Source of the DNA: Oculina patagonica
Taxonomy: Eukaryota
Length of the DNA: 64,000 nucleotides
Assembly (NCBI RefSeq): GCF_052425735.1
Contig: NC_135760.1
Location: 14,880,001-14,944,000 of the forward strand
Reading direction: 5' to 3'
Shown here: positions 13,260-24,004 of the stretch, one piece after another
How the letters are laid out: each line of letters starts with the position of its first letter
How positions within the stretch are numbered: position 1 is the first letter of the stretch
The notes under the pieces: generated by a model
Told to the model about the DNA's origin: nothing
Seen by the model: only the letters and a program-made list of their open reading frames with translations
Databases searched by the model: none
Position numbers and translations under genes: made by a program

Positions 13260-13845
13260 CAAATGAATAGCATGTTCGTTTTCCCAGTCAAGTCAATATC
13301 ACAGGCTCATCCCTTGCCCGAGTATAACATGACACGCTCAGACCCAAAGGTGAAGGGGTATAGCCTGCCACAATGATGAGATTCTGTCGGTTAGTAATGC
13401 AAAGGTCCAGTTCAGTGCATAGCGACACAAAAATGAAGCCAGCAAAAGGGGCTAGAATGGTCAAGAGTGGTGGGAGGAGGGGGGGGGGGGGGGTAACAAA
13501 ATAGGTTAATAAGACGCAACAGACTACACTGGACTATTTTCATTTATTAAATTTTCTCGGCCATTCATACATAAATATTTTTATATCAAACCTCTAAAAA
13601 TTGCTTATAAAATAAAATAAAAGATCTCTCTTTTTATTCTTTCCTTATAGACATCTCATCCACTGAAACAAATTTAATCATCTGATTCTGTTTACACAGA
13701 CATACAATATTGTAATCATGTTTAAGAGATTCTCTGTAAAATACAACTGATTCAGTCTGTTATTTATTTTTAGGGAAGCACTTAATATAAGCGATCATTT
13801 TTCAGCAATTTATCCCAGCAAACTTAACACAAAGTGACTACTTAA

Positions 13846-14149
13846 AGGGACTATGTTCCGGGGATTTCGCAGATTTTTATGTAAACTGTTCTGAAATTAG
13901 TGGTAGGCAACTTAATCCTAAAATAAACATTATCTTTGAACATCTAAAGGAATTTATAACCTCAATTTGCGGATAGAAATCAAGCTGCGGCTATTTTATT
14001 TCGAACACACGCAGAAACAACTTGAACTTTTCCAAATTGCAATCCGTTTCCATCCGAGCCATCCACTATTATTTTTAAGGTTTCCTGCGAAACAAATATA
14101 ATGAATTTAAGCGGTTTAAAAATCAGTTTAAATCCCTGACATAGTCCCT
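13846..14149. mobile_element. Kolobok-like MITE (TTAA TSD) just downstream of the DEPTOR stop codon
   Basis: ttaa|agggactatgt ... acatagtccct|ttaa. Confidence 0.75.
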
Positions 14150-14191
14150 TTAACATGGACAGCAAAGAGAGGTGTTCTGTCTGAACAGGAG

Positions 14192-17100
14192 CTATTTAGC
14201 ACCCTTGAAATGGGTCATTACTACCAGGTGCACGATATTTTGTCCTCTAAGAATCTCCTGCGACACCTCTCGGTGGTTCCAATAGAGCACGTCTTTTCCA
14301 TTCACGCTTTTTAGAAACATCCGTACCTGTATGGAAAGGAGATGTCCAGATGTTGTATATCCTATATTATACCATGCCATAGAAAATACAGCCAATCAAA
14401 ATACAGGATAGCCGTTGTATATTCGACGGTATTCAATCCAACCTTCCCATCGTGCGCTGCGATCTTATTCTCGATGAAATTTAGTGAGCGTATTTTCTAT
14501 GGCATGGTATAAAATAGTTACACAACACTTTCTCGTGGTATACTATGAAATATCCCACTTGTCACTTGTATTTTCTTCGTATACACACTCGCCTAAAGGC
14601 TCGTGTGTATACCGAGAAAATACAAGTGACTCGTGGGATATTCCATAGTATACCACTCGAAAGCGTTGCATAACTAGTATTTATGCTCTCAGATCGCATG
14701 GAAAGGAGAGAAAAATAGTATATACAGTGGAACCCCGATATAACGATATGCCAAGGGAGCAGTAAAATTATATCGTTATATCGAGGAATCGTTATATCGA
14801 AACTCCCGATATAACGACATGGCCGTAAAATAACCGAAAATATCGTTATATCGGGGTAAACCTAACAAGTACTTTTTAGTGCATGTTAAAGGAGGATAAG
14901 GAGGGTTAAGTTGATAAAGAGGCTTAGGACACAGTATCATTTTCGTATATCATCGTGCAAGTCTGTTTACAGAAACGTTAGAGATTACTCGATTACTGTA
15001 ATGTTATTGCATTAAATTCGATGTTTTGTGACTGTGTACTGATAATATCGTTATATCGGGAAAGATTTTACGTTCGGTCTGCTAAATTCGCATCTTTATA
15101 TCGGGAATATCGTTATATCGAAGATTGTTATATCGGGGTTCCGTCCCATACATTTTACTGTAACTTTTGCCGGGACATAGAATATGAATAATTGTTAATT
15201 ATATCGGGAATATCGTTATATCGAAGATCGTTATATCAGGGTTCCACTGTAATNNNNNNNNNNNNNNNNNNNNNNNNNNNNNNNNNNNNNNNNNNNNNNN
15301 NNNNNNNNNNNNNNNNNNNNNNNNNNNNNNNNNNNNNNNNNNNNNNNNNNNNNNNNNNNNNNNNNNNNNNNNNNNNNNNNNNNNAGAAAAGAAAAGGAAG
15401 GAATGGAAAAGGAAAAAAATGAAAGAAAAGGAAAAGGAAGGAATGGAAAAGAAAAAAATGAAAGAAAAGGAAAAGGGAAAGAAAGGGAAGGATAAGAAAT
15501 GAAAGGAAGGAATGGAAAAGAAAGAAAATGAAAGGAAAGTAAAAGGGAAAGGGAAAGGAAGGATAAGAAATGAAAGGAAGGAATGGAAAAGAAAGAAAAT
15601 GAAAGGAAAGGAAAATGGAAATGAAGGAAAGGGAAGGGAAAGAAAGGAAATGAAAGGAAAGGTAAAGTAAGGTACGGAAGGGAAAGGAAAGGAAGGGAAA
15701 GGAGGGAAGGAAGGAGAAATATAGCTGGGCAAGAAAAACCAAACAATGACTGTTACACTGAAGACTAAGTTACTGCTCGCACCTTTAAACCAGCAGCCGC
15801 TGCTGGTCCTTTAGGATCTACTGTTTGTATGTAGACAGGGCTGGAACCTCGAACAACAAAACCAAAGCCCACCGCATCACTTTTTACCTGTGCAGAAACA
15901 GAACTAGAGTTACTTAATTATGTCACGTTCATTTGTCCAGAATCAACAAGAACAGTATTGTGAAAGATATGATGTTTTGAATAATGACACAGAATTACAG
16001 TCGAAGCTCTCTTAACGGACACTCTCGTAAGCGGACAGCTCTACTTACGACCACCTTGTTAGAAACCCCATTTTTACTCCCATACAAACTCTGTATTTTT
16101 ACATTCTCGTAAGCGGACATTCTCGTAAGCGGCCGCGGACACTTTTCAAAGATTACGACTTAGACTTTTTCTTTGTTTTTAAGCTCCCGTAGGCGGACAC
16201 CGCAAAGAAAATCATATAAAAAACCTCTGTTTCTTGTATTAATCAATCAACTTCACATTGCCGTTCGTCACAATGATTTTACTGTAATTACAGTACCATA
16301 TTTCAGTGTTTGTTTTGTCGTCATCCACGTCCGGTTACATTTCGAAACACCACTAACATGCATAATACCATTATGTTAGCTGGGTAAGCTCCCGTAAGCG
16401 GCCTCCAGTGGCCCCTTACAAGAACCATTCTCGTAAGCGGCCAGCTCCAGTTGCGGACACTTTTTTTGCGTCCCGAGGGTGTCCACTTATGAGAGCTTCG
16501 ACTGTACTCAATATTGCTTTGAACAACCAGGCCCAGGTAAAACAGATTATAAACACCACCCCTCTCTTCCTACCGGTAAGTATTTTAAAGCTGTTATGAC
16601 AAAGTAATGTGACTCAATAGAACAATAAAAGGCAAATACAGCAAAAAGGACAATATTATTTATAAAATTTATTATAAAACTCACGCTGACATTCTTTGTG
16701 ACATAAGGTCCGTTTGGATCCAACAATTCCTCTGTGGTTACTTCTCTGACAATAACTTGAAACAACAAAACATAACATGAACAGAAGTTAAAGAATGAGC
16801 AATGTCCATCATGATATGACCACAACATTGGATATAGTGCTACTACCTGGTCTGGGTGACTGGTTGTTCGGACTGCCACTTGACGGAAAGAAATCTGGAC
16901 TGTCAGGTGACCTCTGGTAATCTAAAAACAGATATGTTAGATGGTAGGTTAAGTCTGCGTTTGAGCCTAATGGCCCATCAGGCCACAGCTTATTCCAGTT
17001 TCAGTAACATGAAGCAACTAGAAGTATTTCTACTCCCCCTGGATGGGAAGTGGGTCCATCGCAGGATTACCCCCCAGCAGTAAGTTCACCGGTACCCATT

Positions 17101-20100
17101 TATACACCTGGGTGGAGAGAGGTACTATGAGAGTAAAGTATCTTGCCCAAGAACACAACGCAGTGCTCCAGCCAGGGCTCAAACCTGGACCGCTCGATCT
17201 GGAGTCCAGAGCACTAACCATTAGGCCACAGCGCCTTCCACAAAGGGAAGTAGAAATACAGTAGAACTGGTTTGAAATATTTTAAACCAGATATGTTAGC
17301 TGATAATGATCATAAATCCTATATGATAGGTATTTTAGTACTTTCAATGAATGCTACAACCTTTGCAGACTTCAAACTGATTGTGGGGTGGGGGATCCAA
17401 TGATGAATCCCTTCCATTCCCCCACTACTCACAGCCTTAGATACAAACTCTATTAATTAACAGGTGTTAGTGGCCTCCATAACAGCATTTCTCATCCTTA
17501 CCAAAAGGCTCCTCAAATCCAGGTCTTTCTGTTGCAAAAGGAACTGGACTGGATCTTTGTGTATTCAGAGGAGGAAGATTTCTTCGTCTGAAGTTCCTTG
17601 GAGACCCTGGAAGCTTGTCGTCAAGAATCCCCAGTGCGTCGATCATCTTCTTGTTTACTACTTTGTCAATCATGAATTGATAGAAGATGTTTTCATCTCT
17701 GAAGTGAAATTCGTCTGTGACTGAAAGAGAAAGAAAGGTTCACACATGATCAAGAATGTTAATATCAAAGATTTTTGGAAGTCTCTATCAAGGTCCTTTG
17801 TGATATTAGTTAACAAGTAATCAAATGACTTCCATGCTATTTGGAATAAGATCGATAATCATGCAATTTTGTTAGCATGTGAAGAGTCTATATACCTACT
17901 TGTGAGCTTATTTATGTAGATTGCACTCGAACTTATGTGATTATCTAGTGCACAAAGTTAACATTCTTTTCATCAGGCACAAAAAATAGTGAGCACTCAC
18001 CCAACCCTTTTTGGGGTGTATACAGATTGCACATGCAGTGTGCAGAGAAGTGCATGTTCGATAGCCTGGGGCAAGTGAATTTTGCAGTCGGGCTAGGCTA
18101 GTGGATTTTATCCTTCACTTGCCTGATGGGCAAGTGAAAGTTTATGGGGAAATATTTTGATTTAGTTAATCATGCTCAAGGATTTTTTGGGCTTGTGAAA
18201 ATGACTTTCGGGCTAGTGGGGCAAGCTGGAAAGTTCTATTTCTTTGCACCCTGGTCATGTTTGATGCATTTCTTGTAAGGTCACTCACCCAGATAGTAAA
18301 AGCTGTCAAAATAACATTTCCATGCTCCCTACTTACCATGCTTAATGATTCCCTGGTGTAAAAGCTCTCTTCCAAGTACCACCCCCTGCCCTCTGTCAGA
18401 AACTTCACCATTTTGCATTAACCAGCCCACCAGCTCACAGCCTGTAAAACAGTTTCTGTACACAAAGTCATGACATGGACGTGACTTAATCAGATGACAG
18501 TCCTCATTCTTTGCCCTGCATGAACACAGATTAAGACTTTCATTACCAACGAGACTGACATCAGAGCATTAAGGCCTTATTCAAGATATCTCACAAAATT
18601 GATTGCTCAGGGTGCCTCCTGAATACCTAACAGATTTTCCCAGCTGGGTTGTCAAATCTCTTGGATACACCTTCACATTGGATACACCTTCACATTGCAC
18701 ATTGCACCTTCACATTGACTGCATAGGCGTACGGGCACCTTCGGACCTGGGGGGGCGGACACCTTATTGCCCGAAAAAAAATAGACTTTCTCAAAGTCCG
18801 CAAGCTATGGAAAAGGTAATTGCAATTAAATCAAACTGAGGGATCACGCAAAATTTGCGCGAAAAATTGACCATGATTATAGCAATTTGCGAGAGAAAAC
18901 AAAAACAGATGAATGAGAAATTTGGACTTTTGAACCACAAAATTCAGTATATTTTCAATACTTTTTTCTATAGATGTAACTCGTTTCGAACGTTATGTTG
19001 AGATTTGTCGGCTTATTTTCTATTCTTTCTCTAGGCTTGTTGCCCGAATTCTAAGCATTTTGCCCGAAAAATTTCGGCACTGGGGGGGCTGCAGCCCCCC
19101 TCGCCCCCCGCCTCGTACGCCTATGCCTGACTGTACTTGAGTTCAGTTTTATTTTTGGTCAGTCATTTCATTTTTGGGGGCTTGACAATAGGTAACATCG
19201 GCAAAATAATTTGCCATCTCCCAGATTTGGAGTTTTTTAGGTTGGCAACTCTGCAAAGCAGGCAGCTATCTGTCAGAAAATTGTTATCAGTGGTCTGGAA
19301 CCAAGTCTACTAAAGGCCATTAGTTATTAACCTGTAATAATATTGTAACTTTAACAAAATCCTCATACTTAGTAAACCATACTTTGTCTGTGAATACAGC
19401 CTCCTCTCATTGCTCTCGCTGCTATGAGTGAAACACGAAAAGAGACGCCTGCGATTTGCACGTAGACTGTAGAGAGAGGCCAGAGAGGTGGTTGTATTCA
19501 CAGGCTAAAACCATACTCTCAATTTACAAATCAACCTGCTGCACAGTCATCTAATACCGTAAAATTCCGGTTATAAGCCCCCCCGGTTATAGGCCCATCA
19601 ACCTGAAAACAAAAAAATACATCCGGTTATAAGCCCCCCCGGATATAAGCCCCCCTCTACCGGATGACAGTACTGAACAGGGCTAAATGTTGCTTTTTTG
19701 TGCGTTTTTAACTTAAAAACGTATTTCGTTCAACACTCCCGAGGCTCGTTTCGAAACGTTTTTTTCCTTCCGCTTATAAGCCCTCCCGAATATAAGCCCC
19801 TCCGCTTTTAAGCCCACCCAAAAACCCTTACGAAGTTGTATAAGCCCAGGGCTTATAACCGGAATTCTACGGTTTTTTGTTTATCACTTGTGTGATTACA
19901 GACCCAAATAAAACCACTTGGTCCTGATATCATTACAAGTAAGCGAGTCTGCAAAATATGGCAAGTGTATGCGCAAGCCTTTTTTCTAAATGTTCATTGC
20001 GCACACCAGAATTGCAGCATTGCACGTTTGTGACAGCTGACCACAGGTTGACCATGCATGTGCAAGTTCCTGACTTCCGCTCGTGTTGCACGTGGTGCAA

Positions 20101-21727
20101 GCAGCTAAAAATGGCTCTATGCGTGCAAGATCTCATCAAGTTCCAGCATACTCTGCAGACTGGCATGAAAGATAACATATAATTTTGAGTCCATTCCTGA
20201 TTTCTAAAGTTTGATACATCATAATTATTCATTTCAGAATCATTTATTTCATCACCTGTAGTAAATATCACATCCCCTATAGATAACAGCAAGGTCGGGA
20301 TTAAGGACAGTTGTATCATCGTCTCTTCTAAACCTGTAAAACAGCATCTCATCTTTAAACTGATGGTCATCACAAACTGGTAAAAGAAATACACAAAACA
20401 GAGAAGTCAACACCATCACTGAGGGTTGTCTTGGAGGAATTGGGCATTCAAGTCAGGAGGGGGGTGAATAGATTTGCGGATTGATGGACTTGGCCAAAAA
20501 GCGCCTGGATGTTTTGAGCGGATTCATGGATTTCGAAAATAAAGAGGCACGCAGATTTGTTGAGAATTTTGGCATTGATTCTGAACTCTTCATGCCAGAA
20601 AGCTCTGATTGTTGATACCAAATGAAGCTCAGATCAAGTATGTTGGCGAAATTGTTGCAAAAAACAAGCAATAAAACAAAACTTCTCAAAAATATTGGCA
20701 TAAAAGACAGCAACTACTGTTGGTCGCAGTGAAACTATGCCGCACAAAGTTTTCATGTAATTGGGTTCCGATTTGAAGGAAAATAGTGGCGGATTTACGG
20801 ATTTGGCCAAAACAATTGCACGGATCGGCAGATTTGCGTACCCCTATTCACCCCCCTCTTTTCGTAGGAAAGGTAACACCAGCCTCAGTATTTTTGTCAG
20901 ACCACCCCAACATTAGACTTTTTTAACTACGGGTAACTGGCTAAATGTTCAACAACGCTAATAAACTTTATAAATTATATATTTTTTAAACAAATGCTTT
21001 AGAGGTCAAGTTTGTCTCTTCAGGACCAAGTGGGCTATTCATAATAAGATAGAACTGCATGTTTGAATTTGCTCCAAGCCAGGCAGACAGTACACTTCAA
21101 TCAAATTGAAAATCTAGCTACATTAGCTCAGAAGTCAAGTGAATTAGAGACGGTAAATTATGTGCTGGGCTTATAAGTGTGGTGGTTTAAAACCACAAAA
21201 ATTTTAAAACTTTCATTATCGTGTATCACCGAAAGATATCGATTTAATACCTCATAGTTATTATTCGATCGTCCTAATTAGACCCCCTACAATAGACTAA
21301 TTAGTTAGCTAATTTGGACATAAACAAATATAAATAAATTATTCCCTGAGGGTCGGTGGAATAAATTATAGACTTGTGTTTTGTAAACTGATGTCATTAG
21401 ATAACCAATTTGACATGGGCTGATGCATTTTTGAGCGCTGTAAAAGTCAAGCTGAATCTATCGGTCTTTTTTGTACGTACCGTGATGGATAATACTGTTC
21501 TCTGAAAGAATGTTTATGCATTGAACAGCTCCTCCACGGCTGTTAGCGTCGCCATTCCGAATTAACCAGTCGACAAGGTCACGGCCCACAAAACAACAAG
21601 AATACATTCGCAAGTGATAGCGCCGGTCACGGATCATAGGCGGCTCTTGTTCGGCATGAAGTCGGTTTCTTAGGTGCTCTCCAACCAAAATGACTTGCAA
21701 CGCTTTTATAGAGAGTTGATCCGTCAT
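14192..21727 (-). CDS. DEPTOR: DEP domain-containing mTOR-interacting protein (DEP-DEP-linker-PDZ), 383 aa
   Basis: Exons 21481-21727, 20256-20376, 18337-18515, 17502-17720, 16847-16921, 16685-16755, 15783-15887, 14192-14326 (1152 nt, phases consistent). DEP1 IRDRRYHLRMYSCCFVGRDLVDWL...HHVCDDHQFKDEMLFYRF; DEP2 YRNCFTGCELVGWL...IKHVTDEFHF; SP-rich linker; PDZ DAVGFGFVVRGSSPVYIQTVDPKGPAAAAGLK. Confidence 0.95.
14725..15249. mobile_element. Tc1/mariner-type MITE (TA TSD)
   Basis: ta|cagtggaaccccgatataacga ... tcgttatatcagggttccactg|ta, with many internal ATCGTTATATCG repeats. Confidence 0.85.
15254..15384. other. Assembly gap (131 N)
   Basis: Run of n bases. Confidence 1.
15385..15718. repeat. 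Polypurine GA-rich low-complexity tract
   Basis: About 330 bp of almost only G/A (ggaaa, gaagg units) in the last DEPTOR intron. Confidence 0.95.
15998..16504. mobile_element. Tc1/mariner-type MITE (TA TSD)
   Basis: ta|cagtcgaagctctc ... gagagcttcgactg|ta; internal ctcgtaagcggac repeats. Confidence 0.85.
16950..17240 (-). mobile_element. tRNA-derived SINE with CORE-like central domain
   Basis: Minus strand: box A tggcctaatggttag, degenerate box B ggtttgagccc, then cttgggcaagatactttactctc...tgtataaatggg resembling the CORE domain. A degraded related copy lies at about 41483-41700. Confidence 0.75.
18722..19125. mobile_element. MITE
   Basis: TIR cataggcgtacg / cgtacgcctatg; partial TSD (..tgactg). 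Confidence 0.7.
19384..19507. mobile_element. MITE, TAGCCTG family (degenerate left TIR), 10-bp TSD
   Basis: ctgtgaatac / gtattcacaggcta; aaaccatact duplicated at 19374-19383 and 19508-19517. Confidence 0.75.
19557..19872. mobile_element. pogo/mariner-type MITE
   Basis: ta|ccgtaaaattccggttataagccc ... gggcttataaccggaattctacgg; internal tataagccc repeats. Confidence 0.8.
20457..20858. mobile_element. MITE
   Basis: TIR gaggggggtgaatag / ctattcacccccctc. Confidence 0.65.
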
Positions 21728-21913
21728 TTTCAATGAAGACAAGCCTGCAGTTGTGCCTCATAGCCGGCTCGGCTGCCAAATAACGCTCTGTTCTGCTACA
21801 TGATCTGTGGTGGAAATTCGAAACCTTGCACGTGAAGCAAAGGCCTCGCATAGTGGACTGGGGCGGAGTTCGTTGCCTGCATGCAGGACGCGTTTGCTTT
21901 CCCGCCATTCAGG

Positions 21914-21969
<56 letters not shown>
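21914..21969. repeat. (GATT)14 microsatellite upstream of DEPTOR
   Basis: Perfect tetranucleotide run. Confidence 0.97.
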
Positions 21970-21971
<2 letters not shown>

Positions 21972-22489
21972 CTTTTTAAGACAGAAAGTACAAAAGATAT
22001 GCTTTTAAAATTTTTTAAAAACTGAACACAAAGGAAGTATTTCAATAGAATTTTACGCCAGGATCGGGAGCAGCCAAACACTCAAAAGGCGATCGGAGGA
22101 CAACCCCTCACCCCCCTGGGACCGTTCAAAATAAACGAAACTGGGGAAGGCTAGGAGGAATTGGAGGGAAAGGGGCAACCATTTTCTCTACGAGGCTTAT
22201 CCCTACAAACTCTATAGTTTAATCCAAGGAGCCTCGTACTGAGGCTATCAAGTGGCGTCTTGTTGTAGTTGGTGAGGGTTACCCTCGTTAAAATGCAACT
22301 TTCCATGTCTTGGTGACCAGAAGGTGCATAGAATCGAGATAAGCTAGTCAGGCTAGTTAATTTTTTCCATATTAACGCTTGCAAAGGTTAGCCCGGGAAG
22401 GTGAGTCCACTTGATAAAACTTTATTTCATACGAATGGTCCACTTTGCATGTAAATTACAGAATGGCGGTTTGCATGCTTTGTCATCTA

Positions 22490-22961
22490 CCTTATTATAG
22501 GAAATTAACGCTTCTGTTAATTAAAATTAACGCGACTTAAATTAACGCGAATTGAAGGAAAAATTGCTTCCCAATAAAGGAAATTAACGCGAGAGAAGGG
22601 GTAACATTTCAAAATGAAGGAAATTAACGCGACGAACACAAGGAAGAAAGAACTTGTTGAGACAACAGGAACAAGTTTACTTTAACACAAAGGAATCTGA
22701 CCGCCTCGGGCGTTCTTCACAGTTTTAGTGATCAAGCAGATTTCCACCTTGATGAAATTATGCCTTTTCCTAAGAGTCAAGACGTCTGGACTGTATCGAG
22801 AAATTGGGGCCAAAATAATGGGAATCAAGGTCATGGAAATTAACGCTCCACTTAATTAACGGCGCGGAAATTAACGCTAACAAAAGTTAACGCGACTTAA
22901 ATTAACGCGAATTTTTGAAATTCGCGTTAATTTCATGAAGCGTTAATTTCCTATAATAAGG
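22490..22961. mobile_element. Tc1/mariner-type MITE (TA TSD)
   Basis: ta|ccttattataggaaattaacgcttc ... gaagcgttaatttcctataataagg|ta; internal aattaacgc repeats. Confidence 0.85.
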
Positions 22962-22985
22962 TATTTTATTACTCAGTAACCTCGA

Positions 22986-23156
22986 TAGCCTGCTTAGTTT
23001 TGCGCGCGTATTTGGAAAACGCGAAAGGCGAGAGACGGCCACGCGAGGGAAAAATAAGAAGGCCTTCTCACTTTTTCCCTCGCGTGGCCGTCCCGCGTGT
23101 TTCGCGTTTATCAAACGCGCGCTCAAAACCTACACAGGCGCATGCTACGCAGGCTA
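22986..23156. mobile_element. MITE, TAGCCTG family
   Basis: tagcctgc...gcaggcta ends; internal palindrome acggccacgcgagggaaaaa / tttttccctcgcgtggccgt. Confidence 0.7.
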
Positions 23157-23453
23157 CCGTCTCGAGTACATGGGCAATATTTTATGCTTTGAGAGAATAA
23201 AACCTAGACACACTAGGTAAAAGACATTCCATAATTTATTTGGAATTGCAGATATGATCACGGAATAAATATATTGTGCACCAATCAGCTATTTTTTATG
23301 TATAAACTATTTCACTATTCTATTTACAAAATTCCCCTGCTGGCAGTGGTAAGGAACTAAAGGATGTTTTGGGAATTACAAAAAAATTACGATGTTTTAT
23401 AAAACAACGTAGAAACCAGTCCAGTGCAATAATTTCTCAATAAGTTACTTAAT

Positions 23454-23763
23454 CAGGGTTCGCACTCTTTGAGGTTTTGAAATTCCATGACTTTCCATGA
23501 CCTTTTCCATGACTTTTCAATGTTTTCCATGTCCTAAATTTGACCATTTTTCTTGGAAATTTTCATAAGTTTTCTTGATTTCGGGTACGTTTTTACCCTT
23601 TTCTTCACAAAAAATAACCTGGCTATTTTTTTTTTGTACAATCAATACCATTTTCCATGACTTTCCATGACTCACACTTAACTTCTATGACTTTCCAGGC
23701 CTGGAAAATGAAATTCTAAAACTCCATGACTTTCCAGGTTATCCATGACCCATACGAACCCTG
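23454..23763. mobile_element. MITE with CAGGG termini and 5-bp TSD (hAT5-like)
   Basis: ttaat|cagggttcg ... cgaaccctg|ttaat; internal ttccatgact repeats. Confidence 0.75.
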
Positions 23764-24004
23764 TTAATTCTATTCACATAGCACAAAAGTTCACTAAAGA
23801 AAAGTAGGTGAATTTTGTAACGCGAATATTTACGATTCTTAGCAAAAGTAAGATTTGTACTTAATTTCTAATAAGCTGGAGGTCAATGGGCACTACTTAT
23901 ATTACTTTTCAATACTCTACGGTACCTCTTCTTATGTCAAGCTTTTAAGTAATTATTTTTCGATTTAACTTTGATTATTTGCATTGCAAAAGTAATTCAC
24001 GATA

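Noticed and set aside
15192-15746. Long F/S/P/L-rich ORFs in the track
   Set aside because: Translations of the polypurine tract and N gap; not genes.
19933-20394. 153-aa ORF in the DEPTOR region
   Set aside because: Wrong-frame overlap of DEPTOR exon 2 plus intron; no recognisable protein.
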